NCBI GenBank assembly: GCA_045595365.1
Contig: JAZOAI010000027.1
Coordinates: forward strand, 1,268-65,267
Direction of reading: 5' to 3'
Source: Eubacteriales bacterium
GTDB taxonomy: Bacteria > Bacillota > Clostridia > Oscillospirales > JAAYXM01
DNA length: 64,000 bases
Below are positions 1 to 8,525 of the stretch, in pieces; within the stretch, counting starts at the first letter, position 1; each line of letters opens with the position of its first letter. The notes under the pieces were generated by a model that saw only the letters and a list, made by a program, of their open reading frames with translations, ran no database searches and had not been told where the DNA came from. The translations under genes and the position numbers were made by a program.

Positions 1-1
1 T

Positions 2-1138
2 ATTGAATGTATAAAAGTAGTTGTTCAAGTTTTTGGGTTAGACAAAAACATTATAAAAAATATAGAGGACTCAACGGAGGTCTTTGGAACAAAATATAGT
101 GAGAGTGGAAGTGATTCAAAGTTTTTTGAATATATTCGCTCGCTATGTGGAGTGCACCCACTTTGCACAAGTTATCAAAAAGATTATTTAAATGGGAGTG
201 CATTTCATTGTTGCCCATTTGTAGCTTGGACGGATCGTGGTTACGTGAGTTCAAGAAAACATAACGGAGCAGATTTGATTGCAAATGTTTATACAACAAA
301 AAGCGATATTTCTATTGATATTGAACTTTATGTAAATGAATTTGAAACATATTTAAATAAATGGATAGAATGCATTCCGAACGTAATCGAAGCTAAAAAC
401 AAATATGTTGATGATAAACATAATGTATTTAGAAAGGAGCGAATGAAAAACTTATCTGATTTTAGAAATAATTATGTTGAATACATATCATATTTAAAAG
501 AGGAATATATCAAAAGACTTGATGATGCAAATGAATATATTCTAGATGAGTTTATTGAAATTTTCAAAATAAAACTTTCAAATAATGATAATCAGCGTAA
601 ATTAGATAAATATAAAAATGCAATATTGTATTCTTTAGGTTTTTTACATAGCAGTTTACAAACGATGACATTTGTTGGTTTTGAAAATACTGGCATAAAA
701 TATCCGGATAATTTTATAGAAACAGAACTTTATATTGAATTAGCATCGCCTACTCTCTATAATGGAGAGTTTGCAAAATGTTCATATGAAATAGGAAAAG
801 CATATAATTTATCATCAAATGGTAGTAGTAATGCATTTGATAAACACTATGCAAGAAGTTTATTGGAAAAACCAAAAGAATTAATTAACCAATACATACT
901 TTTTACTAATCAAGAGTCAAATGAAGAGGTGTATGTGCTGATTAAAGTTGCGTTATATCTTGAATCGCTAACAAGAAAAAGTATACTAAACAAGAATATT
1001 CCTAATGAAGAACAATATAGAGAAATTCTTTTGACAGAAACAGAAGTTGAGGAATTACATCAGGAAGAACCTGAAAAAGAAATCGAGACAATAGACTTAA
1101 GTATATTCAATGATATAATTAAAGAATACGGCGGCTGA
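2..1138 (+). CDS. Hypothetical protein, 5'-partial (element cargo); possible HEPN-like R-x5-H motif
   Basis: The track ORF 152..1138 starts at GTG, but I translated the same frame upstream and it stays open to position 2 (IECIKVVVQVFGLDKNIIKNIEDSTEVFGTKYSESGSDSKFFEYIRSLCGVHP...), so the gene probably starts left of the window. It is followed by hairpin terminators. I recognise no family. Confidence 0.6.
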   Translation: MECIKVVVQVFGLDKNIIKNIEDSTEVFGTKYSESGSDSKFFEYIRSLCGVHPLCTSYQKDYLNGSAFHCCPFVAWTDRGYVSSRKHNGADLIANVYTTKSDISIDIELYVNEFETYLNKWIECIPNVIEAKNKYVDDKHNVFRKERMKNLSDFRNNYVEYISYLKEEYIKRLDDANEYILDEFIEIFKIKLSNNDNQRKLDKYKNAILYSLGFLHSSLQTMTFVGFENTGIKYPDNFIETELYIELASPTLYNGEFAKCSYEIGKAYNLSSNGSSNAFDKHYARSLLEKPKELINQYILFTNQESNEEVYVLIKVALYLESLTRKSILNKNIPNEEQYREILLTETEVEELHQEEPEKEIETIDLSIFNDIIKEYGG

Positions 1139-1165
1139 CGAAAGTCAGTCGCTTTTGCATTTTAA

Positions 1166-1192
1166 ACGATCGGTTATGCCGGTCGTTTTTTT
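1166..1192 (+). terminator. Rho-independent terminator after the cargo ORF
   Basis: The stem acgatcgg/ccggtcgt (8 bp including one G-U) has a 5-nt loop and is followed by TTTTTTT. Confidence 0.7.
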
Positions 1193-1264
1193 GTGCTCAA
1201 AAGCCAGTTTGTACATTGTTATTTAAGTGAAAAGTAAAACATAAAATTATGAGAGGTGGTATTA

Positions 1265-1432
1265 ATGAATGAATTTGTGGTTGAACTCTTCGTAGCGAGC
1301 GATGATAAGCAAGATATAATGCTCTCAAGCTTAAATGAAGATGAAATGGAACAATGGAAAAAAGATATGGAGGCACGAGCGTTGAGCGAATACCATAACC
1401 AAAAAATTAAAATTAAGAGCAAAAAAATTTGA
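1265..1432 (+). CDS. Small acidic hypothetical protein (55 aa), immediately upstream of the recombinase; candidate recombination directionality factor
   Basis: ATG at 1265 is preceded by GAGAGGTGG. The translation is MNEFVVELFVASDDKQDIMLSSLNEDEMEQWKKDMEARALSEYHNQKIKIKSKKI. It falls below the 60-aa track cutoff. The antisense track ORF 1219..1422 has low-complexity composition. Confidence 0.4.
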   Translation: MNEFVVELFVASDDKQDIMLSSLNEDEMEQWKKDMEARALSEYHNQKIKIKSKKI

Positions 1433-1508
1433 TTTCAAAAAGCGGCATTGATACAATAATCGTATAGAATAAATAGTTGCCGTTTTTCAGGGAAGGAGGT
1501 TAAACAAA

Positions 1509-2957
1509 ATGAAAGTGGCGGCAGCTTACATACGAGTTTCTACTGATGATCAGCTTGAGTACAGTCCTGACAGTCAGTTGGAAAAAATAAAACTCTATGC
1601 GGAAAAAAATCAAATTTTATTGCCTGAAGAATTTATATTTGTAGATGAAGGCATCAGCGGAAGAAAAACAAAAAACAGACCTGCATTTAACGAAATGATA
1701 GGTTTGGCAAAATGCAATCCGAAACCATTTGACGTTATATTAGTTTGGAAATTCAGTCGATTTGCACGAAATCGTGAAGATAGCATTGTTTATAAATCTA
1801 TGCTCAGAAAAGAGCGTAATATTGATGTTGTTTCAGTTAGTGAGGATATAGGAGATGACAAATTATCTATCCTTATAGAAGCTATTATCGAAGCAATGGA
1901 CGAATTTTACAGTATTAACCTTGCCGAAGAAGTAAAACGAGGAATGACAGAAAAAGCAAAAAGAGGCGGTGTTCTTTCTATTCCCGGATTTGGTTATAAG
2001 GTTGAAAATGGTGAATATGTGATTGTTCCTGAAGAAGCAGAGATTATACGTAAAGTGTTTAATGACTATCTGAACAAAAAGGGATTTTTAACAATTGCAA
2101 AAGAACTGAATGCTATGGGAATAAAAACACATCGGAACTGTAAGATTGAGAACAGAACCATAGACTATTGGCTTCATAATATGTTGTACATAGGAAAAAT
2201 CTGTTGGAGTCCAAACGGTAAACGCTCAAGAAACTATAATTTGGAAGATATGATTATCAGCGATGGACATCACGAACCTATTATAGATATGGAAACATGG
2301 GATAAGACACAGGAAAGATTGGTTAAGCAAAAAGAAAAGTATGGTAAGTATTATAATTCTGATCGTAAAGATTTATCTCACTGGTTAACCGGAATATTAA
2401 GATGTGAGAAATGCGGAAAAGTATTGTCTTATCAGGGCGGATACTTCGGTTGTTCAGAGCGAAGCAGAGGAAAATGCGACGGAGTTGGATATATAAAAGC
2501 AGAAAAAATAGCTAATATCATTCTTAATATTTTATGCGAAATAGAACTACCAAATGTTGAACTGGAATTTGCTGATCCTAATTCTGTTAAGGAAGTAAAT
2601 ATCAACGATGACAGCAGGATAGTATCTGCACAAATTCAAAGACTTGAAATTCGTCTGGAACGAGTAAAGCTTGCTTATGAAGATGGTGTAGATACTCTTG
2701 AAGAGTACAAAGCAAAGAAAAAAGCTATCACGGATGAAATTGATAAGCTGAAAGAGATGCTTGAACAAACTCAAGAAGAAAACCCAAAAGAAGAAGTTAA
2801 GCTAAACAAAAAAGAGCTTCGCAGATTGACTGAAGTTTTGAAAGATGATGATGTAAGTAATATGGAAAAGAACAATATGGCAAGGACAATTTTTAAAGAA
2901 ATTATAAAAGGCGGAGATGGCGGAAAACGGCTTAAATGCGTGTTTTGGCGGCATTAG
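1509..2957 (+). CDS. Large serine recombinase (resolvase N-terminal domain, recombinase domain, zinc ribbon and coiled coil)
   Basis: The N-terminus AAYIRVSTDDQ...SPDSQ is the catalytic-serine motif. Also present are VWKFSRFARN, Cys pairs CEKCGK...CSERSRGKC and a C-terminal coiled coil. RBS GGAAGGAGG lies upstream. Confidence 0.9.
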   Translation: MKVAAAYIRVSTDDQLEYSPDSQLEKIKLYAEKNQILLPEEFIFVDEGISGRKTKNRPAFNEMIGLAKCNPKPFDVILVWKFSRFARNREDSIVYKSMLRKERNIDVVSVSEDIGDDKLSILIEAIIEAMDEFYSINLAEEVKRGMTEKAKRGGVLSIPGFGYKVENGEYVIVPEEAEIIRKVFNDYLNKKGFLTIAKELNAMGIKTHRNCKIENRTIDYWLHNMLYIGKICWSPNGKRSRNYNLEDMIISDGHHEPIIDMETWDKTQERLVKQKEKYGKYYNSDRKDLSHWLTGILRCEKCGKVLSYQGGYFGCSERSRGKCDGVGYIKAEKIANIILNILCEIELPNVELEFADPNSVKEVNINDDSRIVSAQIQRLEIRLERVKLAYEDGVDTLEEYKAKKKAITDEIDKLKEMLEQTQEENPKEEVKLNKKELRRLTEVLKDDDVSNMEKNNMARTIFKEIIKGGDGGKRLKCVFWRH

Positions 2958-2982
2958 CTAGGCTACTCAAACATTTGCAGTA

Positions 2983-3078
2983 CGCTCCACCAAGCTGGGT
3001 GATGATTATTTTTGCAGCTGCAGGATTCGGTTTTTTGATTTTTACAGGATACTGTAACTTTTTCTCATATATCCACAT
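2983..3078 (-). pseudogene. cotJC: cotJC 5' fragment (first ~32 codons), interrupted by the element
   Basis: ATG at 3078 lies 3 nt after the cotJB stop. The translation MWIYEKKLQYPVKIKKPNPAAAKIIITQLGGA matches the conserved CotJC N-terminus as I remember it (B. subtilis MWVYEKKLQYPVKV..NP.LAK..I.QYGGADGEL). After GGA the frame reads YCKCLSSLANAAKTRI-stop, antisense to the recombinase 3' end. Confidence 0.75.
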
Positions 3079-3081
3079 ACT

Positions 3082-3378
3082 TTAATTCTCCCCCTCCCAA
3101 GGCCACGGTCCTGATACCCAGTCCCATCTATTCTCATTTTTGTTGCCGTGCATCGTTATGGGGCCGATATTTGCCTCATGTTCTGCAATAAGCTTTTCCC
3201 TCTCGTTCTGAAGCTTTGAATAATATTTGAGCGCTTTTAAGTTGTTAGGGTGAGTATCTAAAAACAGAACCGTTTCAAATATTGCGAAATCATATTCTCT
3301 TATTTTTCGCATCAGATGGCTTTTTTGTGATGAATAATTTGCGTTTCTGCTCATATTGGAATTTGTTCTCATCCCCAT
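3082..3378 (-). CDS. cotJB: Spore coat protein CotJB
   Basis: The motif YDFAIFETVLFLDTHPNN...ALKYY...WPWE is typical of the CotJB family. The gene overlaps the cotJA stop. Confidence 0.85.
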   Translation of the reverse strand: MGMRTNSNMSRNANYSSQKSHLMRKIREYDFAIFETVLFLDTHPNNLKALKYYSKLQNEREKLIAEHEANIGPITMHGNKNENRWDWVSGPWPWEGEN

Positions 3379-3581
3379 ACATCCTCCCCGAAAAAAGGTT
3401 TGTCAAGATCCGGAAATTGCGTACCGCGGGAAAGCGCCTCGTGAGGCTCTTTGACATCTCTCCACATCTGCATGGGAGAATATATCATACCGACTACCAT
3501 TTCGCCGCAGGTGAGCTCGCCGATATTCTCATCATGGCAACTCTCATGCTCATAATGCGGTTTCATATATGGATTCTCCAT
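3369..3581 (-). CDS. cotJA: Spore coat-associated protein CotJA
   Basis: The CotJA-family core SPMQMW....EPHEAL..GTQFPDLDKPF is present, and the gene sits first in the cotJ operon. Confidence 0.75.
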   Translation of the reverse strand: MENPYMKPHYEHESCHDENIGELTCGEMVVGMIYSPMQMWRDVKEPHEALSRGTQFPDLDKPFFGEDVWG

Positions 3582-3663
3582 AGATTACCCGAGTCTCCTT
3601 TTATAGATTTTAAGGATTTTTTCCTTACAGCTTATCCTATGTATGTTATCGAAAACTTGTTAA

Positions 3664-3704
3664 TAAAAAAAGAAATATAGCAGGGGATCTCTCCTCTGCT
3701 ATAT
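3664..3704 (-). terminator. Terminator of the Ca2+-ATPase gene
   Basis: On the minus strand the stem atatagcag/ctgctatat starts 6 nt after the stop and is followed by a TTTCTTTTTTT tract. Confidence 0.6.
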
Positions 3705-3709
3705 GCGGA

Positions 3710-6370
3710 CTATTTCTTTTTTGAAATTCTGATAAACAGCTTGATTATCTCCTGAATCGGCATAATTGCGAGAGACAGCGCGATTGCGACTCCGTATTCC
3801 TGCACATCAAGCCGGGCAAGTTCAAATGCATTGGCGAGTACCGGAACTTCTATAACAAGAGTAACAAGAAGGAACGAGAGAACCGCCGCACCCCAGAGCC
3901 ATAAGTTCTGACTCTTCATTTTAAAGATTGAGCCTCGTAGCGAGCGAAGATTGAAGGAGTGGACAATCTCCCCTATCGCAAGAGTCAAAAACGCCATTGA
4001 GGTGCCGAGCGTATCTGCATCATACGGCAACGTGCCGAACTTTGCAATATGGTCGGGATAGAGAATATCGTGACCTATGAAGTAAGATGCAAGAGTTATT
4101 GCTGTGACAATGACTCCCTGATACACAACGGCAGCTCCCACGCCCCCGGAGAAGATTCCCTCGCTTGTCTTTCTAGGCTCTCTCGACATTATATCTCGCT
4201 CTGCTTTTTCCATACCGAGAGCAAGCGCGGGCAGACAGTCTGTTACAAGATTTATCCATAGAAGATGAACAGGCTTAAAGAGTGTAAAGCCAAAAAGCGT
4301 TGCAAAGAAAATCGACAGCACCTCGGAAAGGTTTGACGCGAGAAGAAACTGAATACATTTTCTTATGTTATCGTATATTCTTCTTCCTTCGCCTACCGCA
4401 GAAACGATTGTTGCAAAGTTGTCATCCGCGAGAACCATATCCGCAACATTCTTTGTGACATCCGTTCCGGTTATTCCCATACCCACGCCAATGTCGGCAT
4501 TTTTTATTGACGGAGCATCGTTTACGCCATCGCCCGTCATCGCCGTAATCTTGCCGAGCTTCTGCCACGCTTTTACGATTCTCGTTTTATGCTCGGGCTG
4601 AACTCTCGCATATACGGAGAAATTCTGAACGATTCTCTCAAACTCCTCTTCTGACAGTTTGGAAAGCTCAGCCCCCGTCATCGCTTCACTCGCATCTTTT
4701 ATAATCTGAAGCTCTCGTGCAATCGCAACAGCCGTATCTTTATGGTCTCCCGTTATCATTATGGGGCGTACTCCCGCTCGGCGACATTCTTCAATCGCGG
4801 ATTTGACTTCATCTCGAACGGGGTCAATCATTCCAACAAGCCCTATAAAGCAAAGGTCATTCTCAAGGTTTTCAGCATCATAACTATCAGGCACGGAGCT
4901 GTATTTTCTTTCCGCCGCGGCAAGAACGCGAAGAGCGCGGTCTGCCATATTTTTATTGTTTGTAAGTATATTCTCCTTTACACCTTCTGTCAAATCAACA
5001 ATCTTGCCGTCTACATACGCGCTCTTGCAACACTTCAGGATTTCATCGGGCGCGCCCTTTGTAAACTGGACAATGCCGTTATCAGCTTTGAAAACGACTG
5101 ACATCATCTTGCGTTCAGAGGAAAACGGAGCTTCACCGATTCGCGTATATTCCTTTACCATCTCGTTTTTATCAAGCCCGAGCGTGTATGCATAATCTAT
5201 CAGCGCACATTCTGTCGGCTCACCTTGAGCGCTTTTTGTTTCAGGGTCAAGCTCGGCATCGGAGGCAAGTGCCATCGCTTTTGCGAGTTGCGTCTCGTCT
5301 GTGCAGAAGTTTTCGACAACCGTCATCTTATTCTGCGTGAGTGTTCCTGTCTTATCGGAGCAGATTATCTGCGTGCAGCCGAGAGTCTCAACCGCGGTAA
5401 GTTTTCTTATAATCGCGTTTTGGCGGGACATATTCGTTACGCCTATTGAGAGAACGATTGTGACAACGGTTGCAAGCCCTTCGGGAATTGCCGCAACAGC
5501 GAGAGAAATTGCAATCATAAACGTATCGAGAAAGGTTTCAAGCACGAACGTTCCTTCAGAGATAACTGAGCGGATAATGTTTATTCCGAAAATTACAACA
5601 GATATAGCTATGACAAGCTTTGTCAGAACCCTTGAAAGCTCAGAAAGCTTCATCTGAAGAGGGGTTTTTCCGTCTTTTGCCTGAGTCAGAGCATCTGCGA
5701 TTTTACCCATTTCGGTATCCATCCCCGTTGCCGTAACCACCGCTTTACCGCGCCCATAAACGACAGAGCTGCCTGAGAAAACCATATTTTTTCTGTCTCC
5801 GAGCGAAACCTCGCCGCCCGAGAGAGCCTCTATGCCCTTTGTGACGGGGACCGACTCTCCTGTGAGCGCGGCTTCTTCGATCTTAAGGCTTGCACATTCG
5901 ATAAGCCTCGCATCTGCGGGGACTGCATCTCCCGCTTCAAGAATAATAATGTCGCCGACAACAAGCTCTTCACTCGGGATTATCATATAATGGCCGCCAC
6001 GGATTACTTTTGACGTCGCGGCGGACATCTCCTGAAGCGCGGCGATTGATTTTTCAGCCTTGCTCTCCTGAACAACACCGAGGACTGCGTTGATAATTAC
6101 AACCGCCATAATAATTATGACATCTGCCGGGAACTCATTTTCATAAACCGCCATTATTCCGGCAATCGCCGCGGCAATTATGAGAATGATTGTCATAGGC
6201 TCGGCAAGCTGCTTTAAAAAACGTTTTATTATGCCATCTCCCTTTTCTTCTCTGAGCTTGTTTCTTCCGTTTTTCAAGAGCCGCCGCGCAGCTTCTTTTC
6301 CGGAAAGCCCGTTTTCGGAAACCGAAAGCTCTTTCATTACCTCGCCATAATCCTTAACATATTCTTTCAT
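3710..6370 (-). CDS. Calcium-translocating P-type ATPase (PMCA/SERCA-type, YloB-like)
   Basis: 886 aa. It has the DKTGTLT phosphorylation motif, TGES, the TGDGVNDAP hinge, MITGD and about 10 TM segments. Confidence 0.9.
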   Translation of the reverse strand: MKEYVKDYGEVMKELSVSENGLSGKEAARRLLKNGRNKLREEKGDGIIKRFLKQLAEPMTIILIIAAAIAGIMAVYENEFPADVIIIMAVVIINAVLGVVQESKAEKSIAALQEMSAATSKVIRGGHYMIIPSEELVVGDIIILEAGDAVPADARLIECASLKIEEAALTGESVPVTKGIEALSGGEVSLGDRKNMVFSGSSVVYGRGKAVVTATGMDTEMGKIADALTQAKDGKTPLQMKLSELSRVLTKLVIAISVVIFGINIIRSVISEGTFVLETFLDTFMIAISLAVAAIPEGLATVVTIVLSIGVTNMSRQNAIIRKLTAVETLGCTQIICSDKTGTLTQNKMTVVENFCTDETQLAKAMALASDAELDPETKSAQGEPTECALIDYAYTLGLDKNEMVKEYTRIGEAPFSSERKMMSVVFKADNGIVQFTKGAPDEILKCCKSAYVDGKIVDLTEGVKENILTNNKNMADRALRVLAAAERKYSSVPDSYDAENLENDLCFIGLVGMIDPVRDEVKSAIEECRRAGVRPIMITGDHKDTAVAIARELQIIKDASEAMTGAELSKLSEEEFERIVQNFSVYARVQPEHKTRIVKAWQKLGKITAMTGDGVNDAPSIKNADIGVGMGITGTDVTKNVADMVLADDNFATIVSAVGEGRRIYDNIRKCIQFLLASNLSEVLSIFFATLFGFTLFKPVHLLWINLVTDCLPALALGMEKAERDIMSREPRKTSEGIFSGGVGAAVVYQGVIVTAITLASYFIGHDILYPDHIAKFGTLPYDADTLGTSMAFLTLAIGEIVHSFNLRSLRGSIFKMKSQNLWLWGAAVLSFLLVTLVIEVPVLANAFELARLDVQEYGVAIALSLAIMPIQEIIKLFIRISKKK

Positions 6371-6403
6371 TTTTCCAACACCTCTCTATAAAATTATATA
6401 CAT

Positions 6404-6442
6404 AAAAAAGAGACTTATTTGTAGAATCTACAAATAAGTCTC
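6404..6442 (-). terminator. Terminator downstream of asp23/spoIIIA
   Basis: A 16-bp perfect inverted repeat gagacttatttgtaga/tctacaaataagtctc is followed by TTTTTT on the minus strand. Confidence 0.7.
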
Positions 6443-6548
6443 ATCGTTTCAAATAAAGCCAGAGCAATATGCCCGATTGTTGACTTCACTGCGCTTTCGC
6501 GCCGATTACTCCCTTGTTTGTTATTTAAAATGTTGTTAAAAAGCTTTA

Positions 6549-6950
6549 TTATTTTTCGCTTTCTGCGGCAGGCTTCACAGCTTTTTTCTTTTCCTTTTCA
6601 AAGGAAACTCCGCCAACCTTGACGTTCGCCGCGACGACACGAATCCCCGTCATTGATTCTACCGAGGAAATGATGTTTGCCTGAACCGCCTTTGCAACTG
6701 ACGGGATAACCACCCCTTTTTTGACGGTAATGGTAGCAAAAATCTCAACGGAATCATCATTAATCAAAACTCTGACACCTTTTGCAGAGGATTTCTTGCC
6801 GAGGAAATCTGCGACATTTGCTGTGCCGAGGTTTGCAACTCCATCTATCTCTCCTGCAGCGAGGGCGGCAATAGACGCAATAACCTCTTCTGATATTATA
6901 ACCTTGCCGTTATCGTCAGCCTTTGCTGTATATTCCTTCATTTCAGCCAT
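6549..6950 (-). CDS. Asp23/Gls24 family envelope stress protein
   Basis: The motifs ISEEVIASIAALAAGEIDGV and ...VKVGGV are typical of the Asp23 family. Confidence 0.85.
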   Translation of the reverse strand: MAEMKEYTAKADDNGKVIISEEVIASIAALAAGEIDGVANLGTANVADFLGKKSSAKGVRVLINDDSVEIFATITVKKGVVIPSVAKAVQANIISSVESMTGIRVVAANVKVGGVSFEKEKKKAVKPAAESEK

Positions 6951-7000
6951 AACAAGCTACACTCCTTCAACTGTAGTATATCTATAGTATAACTCATAAT

Positions 7001-7522
7001 TTACTTAATTTCAATAATTTTTATTTCACTCGGCAAAATACCTGTTTCGCTGACAACGATATCCTTTATTTTTGTTGTATCTGATGCCGACAACCCCTCC
7101 TCAGGTGCCGACACGATTATGTTTGCCCCTTTCCCGTTTATGAGGGCAACGCAGTCATTAAACCCCTTTGCTTTCACAAGCGTCTCTATGCGTGTTTCAG
7201 ATATTGCCCCTGTCGAAATTGTTTCAATGCTTGCGGCTGCGCGGTCTCGCGATTCCTGTGATAAGTTCTCTTCCTTTATAGACTCTTCAAGCGTTGTTAT
7301 CGCGCTGTCCCGCGCTTTTTGCTTTTCAAGGCGCGCCTCTGCAAAATATTTTTCTTCACTTTCCGTTTCCATCACTTCATTCGCACCACTGCCTTCATTT
7401 GTTCCGAGTGTGCTTTCCACACGAACACCGTCGTTCTCAAGCTCCGCCGTATTGAGGTTAAGATATACGGCAACACATATAAAAAGCACGATAATTGCGG
7501 CTACGGCACTCTTTCTCTTCAT
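7001..7522 (-). CDS. spoIIIAH: Stage III sporulation protein AH
   Basis: It has an N-terminal TM segment and an ARLEKQKARD segment, is the last gene of the spoIIIA operon, and has a C-terminal YscJ-like region. Confidence 0.8.
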   Translation of the reverse strand: MKRKSAVAAIIVLFICVAVYLNLNTAELENDGVRVESTLGTNEGSGANEVMETESEEKYFAEARLEKQKARDSAITTLEESIKEENLSQESRDRAAASIETISTGAISETRIETLVKAKGFNDCVALINGKGANIIVSAPEEGLSASDTTKIKDIVVSETGILPSEIKIIEIK

Positions 7523-7531
7523 GGTTTCCTC

Positions 7532-8059
7532 CTACTTTTTCATTTTTATTATGCTGATTTTGTCGCTTCCAAGCCCTGTAAGTGCTGAAACAGAAGCCAC
7601 AACCGAGCTTTGAACGTCTACTCTGTCTGCACCGTCGCAGATTACAACAGCTCCGCGAAATTCCGGGTAGATTTCCTTCACAACAAGCGGGCTTTCTCTC
7701 CCCGACCCTTCAGACACTATACTTGGCTTTATGTCACTGTCGCTCTCTAACATCACCCCGCTCTCGTTTTCCCTCGCACTTTTACGCGAATCTTTTTCAT
7801 AAACGTTTTCCGGGCCGGATTCCACCGACAAAATCACCTTGCATCTGCCGACCCCGTTACATTCGAAAAGACATTCTTCTATTCTTTTTTCAAAGCTCTT
7901 AAGCTCAAATTCGACAATGCTCCCGTCCTTTTCCTCTGCCTTCTTTTCTCCCTGCGGCAACACGAGCAGAAAGAGGCCTACTGCGATAACAACTGCTATG
8001 TATTTATATTTTTGCAGAAATTTGAAAATCCCCGGCAGTTTAAACATATCCTTGTTCAT
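7532..8059 (-). CDS. spoIIIAG: Stage III sporulation protein AG
   Basis: It has an N-terminal TM segment and the C-terminal motif PEFRGAVVICDGA, and its operon position fits. Confidence 0.85.
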   Translation of the reverse strand: MNKDMFKLPGIFKFLQKYKYIAVVIAVGLFLLVLPQGEKKAEEKDGSIVEFELKSFEKRIEECLFECNGVGRCKVILSVESGPENVYEKDSRKSARENESGVMLESDSDIKPSIVSEGSGRESPLVVKEIYPEFRGAVVICDGADRVDVQSSVVASVSALTGLGSDKISIIKMKK

Positions 8060-8524
8060 TTATTTTCCCTCAATTTTTACTTCCTGTTTTTCAGGAGAAA
8101 TTCCGAATTCTTCTTCCAAAACTGCACATACGCGCCCGGCCTCTTCGGCACTTTTTGAAATCACTGTCGCAGAGACAGGCATATCTCCATCAAGCTTTAC
8201 GGACACTTCGCAAGCATTGGCTTTCGCTTTATTCAATACATATGCCGAAAGCTTCTCCCCTATGATTTCATTTTCAATTTCTTCGAATTTTTCTGCCGAC
8301 GTTTCTATGCTTTTATTGATTTCATCTTCATATGCCCGACTCATTTCAAAGATATCCGATGAGGTTATCTTCTTAATCGGGGATATAAGCACGACAATGA
8401 GCATAACGCTGCCGAGCATTGAACAGACCCGTCCTGCGCTGTTTTTCGGAGCAAGGGAGGAGATTACCGACATTATGAGTGTCACTGCGGAGAGCGATGC
8501 AATCCAGAGTTTTATGCCTTCCAT
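8060..8524 (-). CDS. spoIIIAF: Stage III sporulation protein AF
   Basis: Operon position fits. I chose the start at MEGIKLWIASLS (ATG at 8524, RBS-like TGGGGG upstream) rather than the GTG at 8542, which lies inside spoIIIAE. Confidence 0.8.
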   Translation of the reverse strand: MEGIKLWIASLSAVTLIMSVISSLAPKNSAGRVCSMLGSVMLIVVLISPIKKITSSDIFEMSRAYEDEINKSIETSAEKFEEIENEIIGEKLSAYVLNKAKANACEVSVKLDGDMPVSATVISKSAEEAGRVCAVLEEEFGISPEKQEVKIEGK

Positions 8525-8525
8525 A

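Larger units (their letters stand above)
1..2982. mobile_element. Right-hand end of an integrated element (skin-like intervening element, prophage or ICE remnant). The left end lies outside the window.
   Basis: Composition switches abruptly to AT-rich left of ~2983. The block carries a large serine recombinase whose stop (2955-2957) is ~25 bp from the point where cotJC homology ends. Cargo ORFs have AT-rich codon usage unlike the rest of the window. Confidence 0.7.

Noticed and set aside
1219-1422. 67-aa minus-strand ORF in the element.
   Set aside because: It starts at TTG and has a low-complexity Ser/Leu/Phe-rich translation. The plus-strand 55-aa ORF in the same place has a proper RBS and ATG.
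3282-3680. 132-aa plus-strand ORF across cotJA/cotJB.
   Set aside because: It is antisense to two recognisable Cot proteins, with no RBS and no family resemblance.
3582-3709. Sigma-E/K-type promoter for cotJ (minus-strand CATACATA at 3638-3645). A similar CATATATT lies upstream of spoIIIAA.
   Set aside because: The -10-like octamers are suggestive, but I could not find convincing -35 elements at the right spacing. This is too weak to annotate.
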